Below, piece after piece: positions 19,604 to 30,352 of a DNA stretch of 64,000 nt; the stretch's first letter is position 1, and the number at the start of each line of letters is the position of its first letter. The notes below the pieces were generated by a model. It saw nothing but the letters and a program-made list of their open reading frames with translations. It did not search any database and was not told the DNA's origin. The DNA is from a bacterium (GTDB taxonomy: Bacteria; UBA8248): positions 2,816,001 to 2,880,000 of the forward strand of contig CBDBEV010000001.1 of assembly GCA_965204535.1 (NCBI GenBank). Reading direction: 5' to 3'. The position numbers were made by a program, and so were the translations under genes.

Positions 19604-19970
19604 ACCCCCCCTACCCCCCCTTGTCAGGGGGGTATAAAAAGGCAACCCCCCGCAAAAAAAGATCAACTCCCCCCTTGAGGGTCTGGCTTCCCGAGGGGAA
19701 AGCCCGACGGTGAGGTGAGGGGGTTTTTGTTTTTCCTTGCCCCCCTGACAAGGGGGGGTAGGGGGGGTTGCTTCCAAACAGGGAATGGATTTCTCGATTG
19801 ACGTAGACTTATGAATCAACTCCCCCCTTGAGGGGGAGTCGGCAAGACGAGGGCGAAGCCCGAAGTCGCGCCGGTGGGGGGAGATGCCACAGAATAAATC
19901 TCCCCCCACCGATTCAGCCTTCGCACAAATCGCTCGGCTTCATCGACTCCCCCTCAAGGGGGGAGTTGAT
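19604..19970. repeat. Cluster of C-rich IR pair and ACTCCCCCCTTGAGG repeats
   Basis: AACCCCCCCTACCCCCCTTGTCAGGGGGG ... CCCCCCTGACAAGGGGGGGTAGGGGGGGTT (19604-19769); intact element 19815-19970. Confidence 0.8.
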
Positions 19971-20175
19971 TTGAAATTCTTGAGGAGTGAAGTCTCCCTC
20001 TCCCCGATCGGCTACATACGCCGAATCACGAAATCAGGCCTTTCTCAACAACCCCTCGCGCCCCGGATGCGCCGCGCTTCCGCCCGTCGCGCATTTTCGC
20101 GCGAACCCTGATACAATGGCTGCTGCAATATCCATCGCCCGCCACGAGAGATCATCGCCCCGGGAGAATCCCCGC

Positions 20176-21672
20176 ATGGAACTCTGGCACGCCGCCTTGG
20201 GAGCCGCCGCTCTCGCCTTGTGCTTCTGGATCGCCGTGAGGACGCGGATATCCGCCCTGTCCACGATGCTGCGCAGCGCCGAGACGGAAAAGGCGGACGC
20301 GAAGGCGGCCCACGCCGCCGCGCAGGAGGAGAACGCGGGTTTGCGGTCGGACGTGGCGCGCCTGGAATCCGACCTGGCGCACGAGCGGAAATCGGCGCAG
20401 GAGAAGATCGACCTGCTTCGCCGCGCGACCGAAGAGATGCGCGAGAGCTTCGGCGCGCTGAGCGCCGACGCGCTCAAGAGCAACAACGCCTCGTTCCTCG
20501 ACCTGGCCAAGTCGACCCTCGAGAAGTTCCAGAGCGAGGCCAGGGGCGACCTCGAAGCGCGCCAGAAGGCGGTGGAGACCCTCGTCGCTCCCATCCGGGA
20601 GTCGCTCGACAAGGTGGGCACGCAGGTCGAGGACCTCGAACGGGCCAGGCGGGAGGCCTACGGCTCGCTCACCGAGCAGGTCAAATCCCTCGCGAGCAGC
20701 CAGAAGGAGCTTCAATCGGAGACGGGGAATCTCGTGAAGGCCCTGCGCGCGCCCAACGTGCGCGGCCGCTGGGGGGAGATGCAGCTCAGGCGCGTGGTGG
20801 AGATGGCCGGCATGGTGGCGCACTGCGACTTCGTGGAGCAGCAGACGCTCGAGGGCGAGGAGGCGCGCCTGCGCCCCGACCTCATCGTGAAGCTGCCCGG
20901 CGGGAAGAACGTGGTGGTCGACGCCAAGGCGCCGCTCGAAGCCTACCTCAACTCGCTCGAGGCGGAGGACGAGGAGGCGCGCCGCGCCTTTCTGGGAGAG
21001 CACGCGCGCCAGATTCGCGACCACATGAACCGCCTGAGTTCGAAGGCGTATTGGGATCAGTGCGAGTCCACGCCCGAGTTCGTGGCGATGTTCCTGCCCG
21101 GCGAGAGCTTCTTCAGCGCGGCGCTCGAACAGGACCCCGGCCTGATAGAGGAGGGCGTGAGCCGCCAGGTGATACTGGCGACGCCCACGACGCTCATCGC
21201 CCTCTTGCGCGCCGTGGCCTACGGCTGGCGGCAGGAGAAGGTGGCCGAGAGCGCCCAGACGATGAGCGCGCTCGGCCAGGAGCTTTACGGGCGCATCAAG
21301 ACGTTCTCTAGACACTTCGAGGCCATGGGCCGGGGGCTGGACAGGGCGGTCGAGGCGTACAACAAGGCGGTGGGCTCGTATGAGTCGCGCGTGCTGGTGT
21401 CGGCGAGAAAGTTCCGGGAACTGGGCGCCGTATCGGAAAGCGAAGGCGAGCTCGAACAGATATCGCCCCTGGAGAGAACCCCGCGCGCGATTCAGGCGCG
21501 CGAGACGGACGAGGAGGGCGGCGTTCCCGTCTTCTCCGGAGACGACCCCCCGGAGGCGGTGGAAGCCGCCGGGGCGAAAGAAGGGGAAGCGGACGAGCGG
21601 GGGTCATCTCCCGATGAGACGCCCCGCGCCGAGGATGAAAGCGACGCGAACGTCCTGAAAATCAGTCCCTGA
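20176..21672 (+). CDS. rmuC: DNA recombination protein RmuC
   Basis: N-terminal TM plus coiled coil, [32 protein letters not shown]. Confidence 0.93.
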   Translation: MELWHAALGAAALALCFWIAVRTRISALSTMLRSAETEKADAKAAHAAAQEENAGLRSDVARLESDLAHERKSAQEKIDLLRRATEEMRESFGALSADALKSNNASFLDLAKSTLEKFQSEARGDLEARQKAVETLVAPIRESLDKVGTQVEDLERARREAYGSLTEQVKSLASSQKELQSETGNLVKALRAPNVRGRWGEMQLRRVVEMAGMVAHCDFVEQQTLEGEEARLRPDLIVKLPGGKNVVVDAKAPLEAYLNSLEAEDEEARRAFLGEHARQIRDHMNRLSSKAYWDQCESTPEFVAMFLPGESFFSAALEQDPGLIEEGVSRQVILATPTTLIALLRAVAYGWRQEKVAESAQTMSALGQELYGRIKTFSRHFEAMGRGLDRAVEAYNKAVGSYESRVLVSARKFRELGAVSESEGELEQISPLERTPRAIQARETDEEGGVPVFSGDDPPEAVEAAGAKEGEADERGSSPDETPRAEDESDANVLKISP

Positions 21673-21690
21673 TTCGCTTCACCGAGTCAC

Positions 21691-22164
21691 CTACAGACGC
21701 CTCAGCCAGGGGTGTTTTCGCCGCATCCCGTCCTGGAACCAGCGCGGGTACTCCGGCCAGCGGGCCTCGATGTGGTCGAGATCGTCCGCGTCGGGGTCGA
21801 GGTCGTTGAGCAGGAGCGTGGGGGGAAGCCGCAAGGGGAGCGTGACGACCTCGCCCCTGAGCGCGAGGATTTTCCGGGCCTCGACGAGGCGGACCCGGGC
21901 GTCTTCCGCCTCCTCTACCGCGTGAAAGCCCTTGACCACCTGGTGGAGATAGGCGCTGAAGGCTTCGAGGTTTTTCGGGAATTCCTCGAGAGGCTCCGGG
22001 CTTTCGTGCTCGAAGTGGAGGTGTCCCTCGCGGATTTTTTCCGCGATCTCCCAGATGGGCATCTGCGCGGTGAGGGGCAGGTATTCGTCCACGATGCAGT
22101 CGGCGAGGTTGTATTTGTCCATCCCCTCAAGTATGAGGTCGAAATAGTAACGGTGCCGGCGCAA
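21691..22164 (-). CDS. Hypothetical protein
   Basis: 157 aa ORF with coding-like composition and GGAGGG upstream; no family recognised. Confidence 0.55.
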   Translation of the reverse strand: MRRHRYYFDLILEGMDKYNLADCIVDEYLPLTAQMPIWEIAEKIREGHLHFEHESPEPLEEFPKNLEAFSAYLHQVVKGFHAVEEAEDARVRLVEARKILALRGEVVTLPLRLPPTLLLNDLDPDADDLDHIEARWPEYPRWFQDGMRRKHPWLRRL

Positions 22165-22332
22165 GCGGAGTCCCTCCCCTCTCGATTATCCGGTCCGAGG
22201 GTGTGTTTCGCGCTGGATTTTGTCAAGAGATGGGTTCATAATCCCCCGAAAGCCAGGGCGGGGGAGTTTCCGGCCGCGCCCGCTTCGCATATACGGTGTT
22301 CGATGAGCAAAGCAATGAAGGAGAAACGAAGA

Positions 22333-22626
22333 ATGCGCAAGACCCTCGGCATGGGATTGGCGCTTCTCGCCGCCTTTCTCGTTTTGAGCGGGTGCGGCGA
22401 CATGGTGCCGCGCGGCGTGGAGGTGATCACCGATCCTCCGGGCGCCACGGTGAAGCTCGGCAAGGAGAAGATAGGCGAATCGCCGGTCCTCATCCCCTGG
22501 AAGAAGATAAAGGATCATTACGCGGATACGTTCACGGTCGAGATCGTCAAGGAAGGGTATCGCCCCCATCATCTGGTGGCCGCGCAGTACGGGGGGACGA
22601 TACGGGTGGCCCTCCAGAAGAAATAG
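22333..22626 (+). CDS. PEGA-domain lipoprotein
   Basis: Lipobox LSGC; VITDPPGATV..GESP..KEGY PEGA pattern. Confidence 0.75.
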   Translation: MRKTLGMGLALLAAFLVLSGCGDMVPRGVEVITDPPGATVKLGKEKIGESPVLIPWKKIKDHYADTFTVEIVKEGYRPHHLVAAQYGGTIRVALQKK

Positions 22627-22674
22627 TGTAGACTCTCCTTATTCTGTTTCCCGGCGCCAAAGAGGCAAGACGGT

Positions 22675-23340
22675 TTGGTACGCACACATGGCATGGGTTT
22701 GCTCGCCGAGTTGTTCGACTTCGCAGAAGGCGGGGAAGACGAGGCGCGCGCGTGGCTCGACGAGGTTCGCTTGTCACGGATGCTCGAAGTTCCCGGCATG
22801 GGCGGAGGCGCAAGCTATGAGGCGGTAGACGGCGCGCCGCGCTTTCTGAACCTCGTGGAAGCGGAGAACGTCCACGCCTTCTACGGCGAGGAGTTCACCG
22901 CGCTTCTGGACTCGGCCGGGATGCGCCCTCCCGTCGCGCCCGAGGCCCACATTCGCCTCGTGTGCGCGCAGGTCTATCCCGGTCTGCCGGCCCGGCCGCC
23001 CGAATTCCCCTCGGTGGACGCGGCGGGTCTCGCTCCCGTCGTTCAGTTCGGCAGGATCAACGTGCCCGAGGAGCATCTCGCCGATTTCAACGGCTGGTAC
23101 GCCTGCGACCGCGGCCCCCTCTGCGAGAAGGTGCCGGGGGTGAGGCGCCTGCGTCGCTACAACACCGTCGAGGGGCCGAGGCTCATGATCGTCCTCTACG
23201 AGATGGAAGGCGAATCCGTGCGCGAGACGCCCGAGTGGAAACACATGAACGCTTCGGAGTGGACGGCGCGCGTACGGAGCTACTACCGCCAGGAGCCCGG
23301 CTCTCCCGGCGTCTACAAGCGCAGGGGCTACGCCCGTTAG
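22675..23340 (+). CDS. Tandem dimeric alpha/beta-barrel (EthD/DUF4286-like) protein
   Basis: Two repeats of W..(D/E)...VPG...R/SY...GPR...LYE. Confidence 0.6.
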   Translation: MVRTHGMGLLAELFDFAEGGEDEARAWLDEVRLSRMLEVPGMGGGASYEAVDGAPRFLNLVEAENVHAFYGEEFTALLDSAGMRPPVAPEAHIRLVCAQVYPGLPARPPEFPSVDAAGLAPVVQFGRINVPEEHLADFNGWYACDRGPLCEKVPGVRRLRRYNTVEGPRLMIVLYEMEGESVRETPEWKHMNASEWTARVRSYYRQEPGSPGVYKRRGYAR

Positions 23341-23564
23341 GGGCGATTCGCGCCGCCGTTATTTCCGCAGCAACCGCTTTTTCCTTTTTCATTAAGCCAT
23401 CGCTCCCCCCTCTATAAGGGTCAAACCCGATCGGAGAGGGACGTTCCGACTGCCGGGGAAGAGAATATCGTTCAATATCTCATCCCGCAGCCGCGCGCAG
23501 GGGTATCGAGTCCACTGTAGGGACAGGCCCCCGTGCCTGTCCGAAGTCGCGACCTGTCCCTACG

Positions 23565-23785
23565 GGGAGTGTTGAAAAAGTCCCTGAGAGGGGAATGGTA
23601 ACTTCTTGAAAAGCAACCCCCCCTACCCCCCCTTGTCAGGGGGGCAAGAAAAAGCAAAAGCCCCTCAACCGGCGGGGGCATATCGCCTTTTTTACCCCCC
23701 TGACAAGGGGGGGTAGGGGGGGTTGCCTTTCTATCCGAGAGGGGCTTCTCCTCTACCCCTGAAATGTGGGCTATTCAGCAACCCC
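23565..23785. mobile_element. IS1182-end MITE carrying a C-rich IR pair, inserted at the end of a GTAG REP
   Basis: Ends GGGAGTGTTGAAAAAG / CTATTCAGCAACCCC; TSD CTACG 23560-23564 and 23786-23790. Confidence 0.7.
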
Positions 23786-23822
23786 CTACGGGTGCGGCGG
23801 CCGGGATGATGCGTCGCTCCCC

Positions 23823-24605
23823 CTACCTCGGGAAGCGGCTGAAGTCGGGCGGCCTTTTCTCCTTGAACGCGTTCATCCCCTCGACGGATTGCTCGTTGTT
23901 CCACACGGCGTTGAGCAGTTCGCTGCCGTGCATCCAGGAGGGGTAGTGGAGGTCGCCCAGGAAGTTCAGGTTCGTCTTCATGTAGCGCAGCGTGGCCGGG
24001 GCGTGGGAGTTGATGGTGGCGCACCACTCCTCGGTCGTCTTCTCCAGTTCGTCATCCGGCACGACTTCGTTGATGAGGCCGACTTCCTTGGCCTCCTGCG
24101 CGGGGTAGCGCTTGGCCAGGAACAGCATCTCGCGCGCCCTGCGGTCGCCCATCAGAAGCGGGAGGTACTGCGTGGCGCCCACCACGGGCAGCGCGCCCAC
24201 GCGCGCGCCCGATTGCCCGAACGTCGCGTTCTCGCTCGCGATGCAGAGGTCGCAGTAGAGCTGCCACTCGTTGCCGCCGCCGATGCACCAGCCGCGCACC
24301 ATGGCGATGGTGGGCTTGCCCGAGTTCCTGAGCGTCATGCACAGGCGCCGCATCTTGTTGTTCCAGACGTGGCCCGTCTGGTAGTTCAGCCCCAGCATCA
24401 TGTCCATGTCGCCGCCCGAGGAGAAGTTCCCGTTCAGGCCGTACAGGACGCCCACGCCGATGTCGGGGTCCTCATCGAGCTGCGTGAAGGCTTCGATGAC
24501 TTCGTTGATCATCTGGAAATTCATCGCGTTCAGCGTTTTGGGGCGGTTGAGCCCCACCCAGAGGGTTCTGTCTTTCACCTCTACGACGGTTACTCTGTCC
24601 GACAT
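23823..24605 (-). CDS. Enoyl-CoA hydratase/isomerase family protein (MenB/BadI-like)
   Basis: LNRPKTLNAM, FSSGGD, GWCIGGGNE, FGQSGARVG, AFKEKRPPDF. Confidence 0.88.
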   Translation of the reverse strand: MSDRVTVVEVKDRTLWVGLNRPKTLNAMNFQMINEVIEAFTQLDEDPDIGVGVLYGLNGNFSSGGDMDMMLGLNYQTGHVWNNKMRRLCMTLRNSGKPTIAMVRGWCIGGGNEWQLYCDLCIASENATFGQSGARVGALPVVGATQYLPLLMGDRRAREMLFLAKRYPAQEAKEVGLINEVVPDDELEKTTEEWCATINSHAPATLRYMKTNLNFLGDLHYPSWMHGSELLNAVWNNEQSVEGMNAFKEKRPPDFSRFPR

Positions 24606-24747
24606 GTTCAAACTCTCCTTCTCGTCTTCGCCCGCCGCGCCGGGCGGACGCCTTGTTGAATGGAATGAATGGAATTGTCCTTGTGGTCTTTCACCAGAGG
24701 CCGCATTCTCACACACGACGCGTCGTTTTGCCAGACCGCCGCGAGAT

Positions 24748-25584
24748 CTACCAGAGCCACTCGCTCGCCCCCTTGTAGAGAAGCTGCAGGGAGACGAGCG
24801 TCATCAGCACCGCCAGGATGCGCGTGAGGGTCAGGGATTTCACCCGGTGCGAGATCGCGGCGCCCGCCTGCGCGCCCACGATGATCCCCATCGCGAGGGG
24901 AAGAATCACGCTCTTCATCGCGTGGAGGTTGCCGAGGATGAAATGAAACGCGACGGCGAGTGCGGTGGTGAAGAGAAGCTCGCACTGCGAGGTGGCGGTG
25001 GCGATGTGGGGCGGAATCCGGAGAATCCGTATCATCAGCGGCACGTGCATGGGGCCGCCCCCGATGCCCAGAAAGGTCGCCAGAAAACCCACGATGGAGC
25101 TCAGGAAGGCCCCGAGCCGGAAGCGGAAGGCGTATTCATAGACTTTGCCCTGGCTGTCCACGATGCGCCGGTGCGCGAGCGCGCCGATGCCGCCCGGGCT
25201 CTCGCGCGTCGCCTCGAAGGGAGGCGGCGGGTTGATGATGGAGATGCACAGGATCAGCAGGGCCAGACCCAGCAGGAAGTCGAACGGCCCCCGCGCGACC
25301 TCGCTCGTGGCGAAGACGCCGATTACCGCCCCGACCGAGCCGGCCAGGGCGAAAGAGACGCTCGTCTTGATGTCGATCCGTCTTTGGCGGTAATAGGCGA
25401 CCGAGCCCGAGAGGGCGTTCAGGCAGACCACGCTGAGCGAGGTGGCGGCGATGACTTCCGAGGGCTGGTCGGTGAAGATCAGCAGGAGCAGGGGCGTCAG
25501 GATGAAGCCGCCGCCCGCGCCGACCAGCGTGCCCAGCAGGCCAACGCCCAAGCCCATCGCCAGGAACTGAATGAAAAAAAGCAT
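24748..25584 (-). CDS. Sulfite exporter TauE/SafE family membrane protein
   Basis: Duplicated G(A/I)GGG..P motif, ATS, multiple TM helices. Confidence 0.88.
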   Translation of the reverse strand: MLFFIQFLAMGLGVGLLGTLVGAGGGFILTPLLLLIFTDQPSEVIAATSLSVVCLNALSGSVAYYRQRRIDIKTSVSFALAGSVGAVIGVFATSEVARGPFDFLLGLALLILCISIINPPPPFEATRESPGGIGALAHRRIVDSQGKVYEYAFRFRLGAFLSSIVGFLATFLGIGGGPMHVPLMIRILRIPPHIATATSQCELLFTTALAVAFHFILGNLHAMKSVILPLAMGIIVGAQAGAAISHRVKSLTLTRILAVLMTLVSLQLLYKGASEWLW

Positions 25585-25824
25585 GAAAAACCTTTCTTCG
25601 GGTGCCAGATCGTCGTCGGGGCGCTTCGGGAGGCTTCGGGAGGCGATGCGTCTTTGGGACTCGCTTGTCCTGCCTTGCGCTGATGGGGCCAGAGTCTATT
25701 ACAGGATACGGGCGAAAGACAATTTCATGCGGCGAATATCTCCTTGCGCTCGGGTTTCACTCCCGCATCGTCGGACGAGTAAAATCACAATCATGGAAGA
25801 ATGGTTTCGCCATAAATCCCTTCA

Positions 25825-26107
25825 GGGGTTGTTGAAAAACCCCGCAAAGGATGGTTTGACCCGACCAATCAGAGAGGGCGTGCCGACTCCGCTTTTGTTC
25901 GTCATTCCGGCGCATGCCGGAATCCAGGCGGACGGGAATGGAAGAAGGCGAAAATGCGGCGTCCGATACGGATGGCTGGTTTCCCTCGACCCCAGGTATT
26001 CGCATCGGCTCTGGATTCCGGCATGCGCCGGAATGACGAGCAAGGCGAGAACCATTCCCTCATCTCCATATGACAAATCGCGAAAATCAGGACTTTTTCA
26101 ACACTCC
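25825..26107. mobile_element. IS1182-end MITE carrying a GTCATTCCGGC inverted-repeat pair
   Basis: Ends GGGGTTGTTGAAAAA / GGACTTTTTCAACACTCC; cargo GTCATTCCGGCGCATGCCGGAATCCAG (25901-25927) and its inverse (26011-26037). Confidence 0.72.
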
Positions 26108-26148
26108 TTCTTCGGTCGTGTTTGACCCCTGAGCAACCCGCCGCTCCG

Positions 26149-26285
26149 CCTCACCCTGAGTAGCGGCGAAGCCGTGTATCGAAGGGCGAGATTCGCGCTC
26201 GCCGCAGAAATGCGCCTTTTAACCCTCCCTCCACGGTCGGCTCAAACCTTCGATACGGCGCTCACGCGCCTACTCAGGATGAGGT
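26149..26285. repeat. CCTCACCCTGAG...CTCAGGATGAGG inverted-repeat pair (REP-like family)
   Basis: CCTCACCCTGAGTAG...GTATCGAAGG / CCTTCGATAC...CTACTCAGGATGAGG; related copies near 15999-16055 and 52989-53005. Confidence 0.72.
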
Positions 26286-26598
26286 TTTGTGGCCGCCTGC
26301 GCGGTATGAAAGAGGACCGCTGTAGCAGGGCGGTCTCCAATGATCGCCCTGACCCCCCGTGGCCGCCCGCATCGGATATGTCCATCCGCGTGGTTGCGCT
26401 TCATGAGGACAGGCACAGGGGCCTGTCCCTACGGCCCCCTCCCTGGTCGGCTCCATACTCCGAATCACGAAATCAGGCTTTTTCAACAACCCCCTCAAGG
26501 GGGAGTGAGAGAGACCCTGACAGTTTCGCAAAACCTGCCCTTCGGGGTAGAATGGATTGTTCGGGATAAATAACCACCTTCTTCGGGAGGATGTGAGA

Positions 26599-27678
26599 AT
26601 GATCGTTCCACTCGATACGCCGGTGGCGACGCGGGCCGAGAATTTCAGGAAAGTCCTCGATTTCGATGAATCGGCCGCCTACCGCGCGCTCCAGGAAACC
26701 AAGAAGGAATACCCCGAAGCGGAAGTCCCGCCGCTTCGCAGCCCCAGGCTCAAGAGAGAGGACAGGAGCCTCGTGGCCATGGTGCGCGGGGAGACGCGCG
26801 ATGAGGCCATACGCCTGGCGGTGGAGAAACTGGGCGGGGTCCGGCATATCATCGATTCGCCAGCACCCGCGCTCCTGAAACCCAATTTCAACTCCGCCGA
26901 TCCGTTCCCGGCCTCGACGCATCCCGATACGCTCGAGACCGTCGTCGCGCTGCTGAAAGAGGCGGGTTGTGAGGAGCTGGCCGTGGGCGAGATGGGCGGC
27001 CTGCTCTCCCTGCCCGCGCGGGGGAATTTCGAGCGCTGGGGGATGAACGATTTCCAGGAGCGAACGGGCGTTGGCCTCCTGCGCTTCGACGAGGAGCCCT
27101 GGGTGAAGGCCCGGGTTCCTGGGGCGATCCGCTGGGGCGGCTGGGTGCACTGCATCGAGCGCCTGATGACGCCCGGCCAGCACGTCGTCAACCTGCCCAC
27201 CATGAAGAGCCACGGCGGCGGGCCGCGCTTCAGCCTCTCGCTCAAGAACGTCTACGGGTTCGTGCACCCGAGGGACCGCGTCCGGGCGCATTTCGTATCC
27301 CAGATGGCGGAGATGATCATGGAGACGAACCTGTTGTATTCGCCCTCGCTGATCGTGCTCGACGGGACGAAGTGCTGGATTTCGGGCGGCCCCTACACCG
27401 GCGAGGAGCGTGCGCCGAACGTGATCATCGCAGGGGACGACAGAATCGCCGTGGACGTCGTAGGGGCGTCCGTCGTGCGGGCCATGGGCTCCGAACTCCT
27501 GCGCGATTATCCCGTCTGGTCGCACCGGCAGATCAGGCGCGCGGTCGAACTCGGGCTCGGTGCGAGCGGGCCTGGAGAAGTCGAAATCCTCGCCGAGGAC
27601 ACGACGGGCGCCGCCGATTTCACGGAGCTTTCCGATCAGGTGCATGCGTTCGCCGGGGAGCCGGATCCGGGAAGTTAA
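26599..27678 (+). CDS. DUF362 domain protein
   Basis: LLKPNFN, STHPD, NLPTMKSH, SLSLKN, LIVLDG, AVDVVG. Confidence 0.85.
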   Translation: MIVPLDTPVATRAENFRKVLDFDESAAYRALQETKKEYPEAEVPPLRSPRLKREDRSLVAMVRGETRDEAIRLAVEKLGGVRHIIDSPAPALLKPNFNSADPFPASTHPDTLETVVALLKEAGCEELAVGEMGGLLSLPARGNFERWGMNDFQERTGVGLLRFDEEPWVKARVPGAIRWGGWVHCIERLMTPGQHVVNLPTMKSHGGGPRFSLSLKNVYGFVHPRDRVRAHFVSQMAEMIMETNLLYSPSLIVLDGTKCWISGGPYTGEERAPNVIIAGDDRIAVDVVGASVVRAMGSELLRDYPVWSHRQIRRAVELGLGASGPGEVEILAEDTTGAADFTELSDQVHAFAGEPDPGS

Positions 27679-27775
27679 GGAAGTTTTATCCTGCTCCTTC
27701 CCGCGTTGACGCGGAAGCGCGGTTTCCGCTACATTCCTTCGCACCCCTCGGGGAGTCAGGAAATTCCACCTGTAT

Positions 27776-27851
27776 GGGGCTGTAGCTCAGCTGGGAGAGC
27801 GCATGACTGGCAGTCATGAGGTCAGGGGTTCGATCCCCCTCAGCTCCACCA
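27776..27851 (+). tRNA. tRNA-Ala (GGC)
   Basis: GGGGCTG...CAGCTCCACCA acceptor stem with G3:U70, anticodon arm CATGA-CTGGCAG-TCATG, GGTTCGA T-loop, 76 nt with CCA. Confidence 0.97.
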
Positions 27852-27987
27852 AATAAATCAATGACATAGAGGATTTTGCTGTCAGGCGAATTTCTCGACG
27901 TCCGTTTTTATGCCTGTTACATCAATAGACAGCGACAGTTTGGCGATTGGCGCCGGGATTCCTGCGAGGATCTAATTGTCCCGGTTC

Positions 27988-28288
27988 AAGGTTGTTGCAA
28001 AAGCCCCTGAGAGGGTAATGGCGACCTCCTTGAAAGGGAAATCCCATAAAACCAACCCCCCCCTACCCCCCCTTGTCAGGGGTCAAACGCGAGTGATGAA
28101 CGAGCGTTTGCATGAGCCATTGACGAGAAACACAACGTCTTGCAAAACCTCCCTCTTCGGTCGGTTTTGACCCCTGACAAGGGGGGGTAGGGGGGGTTGG
28201 TTTTCGACGAGGGAGGTCAGGGGTTCGCGCGAAAGCGGTCTTCCCGCTAAAGGCAATACCCCACGACAAGGACTTTTTCAACAACCCC
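27988..28288. mobile_element. IS1182-end MITE carrying a C-rich IR pair
   Basis: Ends AAGGTTGTTGCAAAAG / GGACTTTTTCAACAACCCC; TSD GGTTC 27983-27987 and 28289-28293. Confidence 0.75.
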
Positions 28289-28306
28289 GGTTCGCGGGAG
28301 TTTGCC

Positions 28307-29386
28307 TCAGACGAGCGTCACGCCGGATTCCGGGTCGAAAGCGTGGACGCGCGCCGGGTCGGGGCGGAGGCGGACGCGCTCGCCCTGGCTCATCCGGACG
28401 CTGGACTCCACCCGCGCGGTGAGGGAGGCGCCCCCCACGTTCAGGTCGAGGAAGATGTCCGAACCCACCGGCTCGATGATCTCGACCGCCCCCTCAATCT
28501 CGCCCTCCGCGCCCAAGCGCATGTCTTCTGGCCGAATGCCGAATACGATCTCACCGCCCCCGCGCCCCTGGAGTCCGCCCGCGCGCTCCGCCGGCAGGGG
28601 AACCCGGAAGCCTTCGCCTTCGAGGAACGTCCGCCCCGCCTCGAAACGCACCGTGGCGGAGAGGAAGTTCATCGAGGGGCTCCCGATGAAGCCCGCCACG
28701 AACTGGTTCGCCGGGTTCTGGTATACCTCCATCGGGGGGCCGACCTGCTGGATGACCCCCTCGTGCATGACCACGATCCTGTCCCCCATGGTCATGGCCT
28801 CGACCTGATCGTGGGTGACGTAGATCGAGGTGGCGGCGAGGTGCTGGTGGAGCTTGAGGAGTTCCACCCGGGTCTGGACCCGCAGCTTGGCGTCGAGGTT
28901 CGAGAGCGGCTCGTCGAAGAGGAAGACGCGCGGGTCGCGGACGATGGCGCGCCCGAGTGCGACTCGCTGGCGCTGGCCGCCGGAGAGTTTGCCCGGGTAG
29001 CGCCCGAGCAGGGTTTCGATGCCCAGGATGCCGGCGGCGCTCTTGACCCTGCGGTCGATCTCCTCCTTGGCGACCTTGCGCATCTTGAGGCCGAAGGCCA
29101 TGTTCTTGTAGACGCTCATGTGGGGGTAGAGCGCGTAGTTCTGGAACACCATGGCGATGTCGCGATCGCGCGGGTGCACGTCGTTCAGCACGCGGTCGTC
29201 GAGCAGGATGCGCCCGCTCGTGATCTCCTCGAGACCCGCGATCATCCGCAGCGTGGTGGTCTTGCCGCACCCCGATGGCCCCAGCAGCACGACGAACTCC
29301 CCGTCGTGGATCGTGAGGTTCACCTCCCGGACCGCTATCACCTCGCCGAAATCCTTGGTGAGGTCTTCGAGTAAAACTTCCCCCAT
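28307..29386 (-). CDS. Carbohydrate ABC transporter ATP-binding protein (MalK/UgpC-like)
   Basis: GPSGCGKT, LSGGQRQR, FDEPLSNLD, YVTHDQ, TOBE tail. Confidence 0.93.
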   Translation of the reverse strand: MGEVLLEDLTKDFGEVIAVREVNLTIHDGEFVVLLGPSGCGKTTTLRMIAGLEEITSGRILLDDRVLNDVHPRDRDIAMVFQNYALYPHMSVYKNMAFGLKMRKVAKEEIDRRVKSAAGILGIETLLGRYPGKLSGGQRQRVALGRAIVRDPRVFLFDEPLSNLDAKLRVQTRVELLKLHQHLAATSIYVTHDQVEAMTMGDRIVVMHEGVIQQVGPPMEVYQNPANQFVAGFIGSPSMNFLSATVRFEAGRTFLEGEGFRVPLPAERAGGLQGRGGGEIVFGIRPEDMRLGAEGEIEGAVEIIEPVGSDIFLDLNVGGASLTARVESSVRMSQGERVRLRPDPARVHAFDPESGVTLV

Positions 29387-29518
29387 CTCAGTTTCCCCTA
29401 TCTGCGAGAAGCACGATGGACACTGGCGTGGAACCTTCCCCCCTCCATAGGGCCGGAAGGCGGGTCTTCAAGGGCTTGATGGCTGAAAACAAGTTTAGCA
29501 AAAGCGCTTTCATGCTCC

Positions 29519-30352
29519 TCACTCCTTCAGCCCCGTGAGCGTAATCCCTCGGACGAAGGCGCGCTGGAAGAACAGGAAGATGAATGCCGCCGGGATCATC
29601 CCCAACACCGCGAGCGCCATAATCTCATGGTAGGCGGCCGAATCGATGCCCTCCAGCTGGGCCAGGCCGAGCGGGAAGGTCTTCAAATGGTCGCTCGTCG
29701 CCACGATGAACGGCCAGAGGAACTGATCCCAGTTGTCACGAAAGGCGAGCAGCGCCAGCGCGCCCAGCGCGGGCTTGCAGTTGGGAAGAATGATGCGCCA
29801 GAAGATGCCGAACTCGCTGCATCCGTCCATCCGCGCCGCCTCGATGAGGGAGTCCGGTATATCCCTGATGGACTGGCGCATGAGGAAGACGCCGAAAGCG
29901 TCCACCGCCAATGGAGCAATCAGCCCGCCATAGGTGTTGACGAGACCCAGTTCCCGCACCACCAGGAAAGTAGGCACCAGCACGATCTCCAGCGGAAGCA
30001 TCAGGGTGCTCAGTATGAAGCGGAAGCACAACTCCCGGTGGGGAAAGCGGAACTTGGCCAGCCCGTAGCCCGCCAGGGTGCAGAAAACGAGGTTCCCCCC
30101 CATGACCGCGAAAGCCACGACGAAGCTGTTATAGAAATAGACCCCGAAAGCCCCTTTGGAAAGAGCGTTGGGGTAGTTCTCCCACCGGATCACCTTCGGG
30201 ATCCATTGAATGGGGAGATCGAATACCTCGATTCCCGTCTTGAGAGAGGAGGAGACCATCCAGAAGTAGGGAAGCAGCATCACCACGACTCCGGCGACAG
30301 TGAACAGGGAGATGAGCGCGCCTCCCAAGCGGAGCATCGTCTTTCGGCTCAT
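29519..30352 (-). CDS. Carbohydrate ABC transporter permease (MalG-like)
   Basis: EAARMDG EAA loop; TM helices. Confidence 0.92.
   Translation of the reverse strand: MSRKTMLRLGGALISLFTVAGVVVMLLPYFWMVSSSLKTGIEVFDLPIQWIPKVIRWENYPNALSKGAFGVYFYNSFVVAFAVMGGNLVFCTLAGYGLAKFRFPHRELCFRFILSTLMLPLEIVLVPTFLVVRELGLVNTYGGLIAPLAVDAFGVFLMRQSIRDIPDSLIEAARMDGCSEFGIFWRIILPNCKPALGALALLAFRDNWDQFLWPFIVATSDHLKTFPLGLAQLEGIDSAAYHEIMALAVLGMIPAAFIFLFFQRAFVRGITLTGLKE

Noticed and set aside
21712-22332. 304-aa ORF 21712..22626 as a single gene
   Set aside because: The 5' part is antisense to 21691-22164; the signal peptide and lipobox indicate a start at 22333
9712-28300. Repeat clusters as a CRISPR array
   Set aside because: Repeats are inverted, nested and irregularly spaced, with no constant repeat-spacer periodicity and no cas genes
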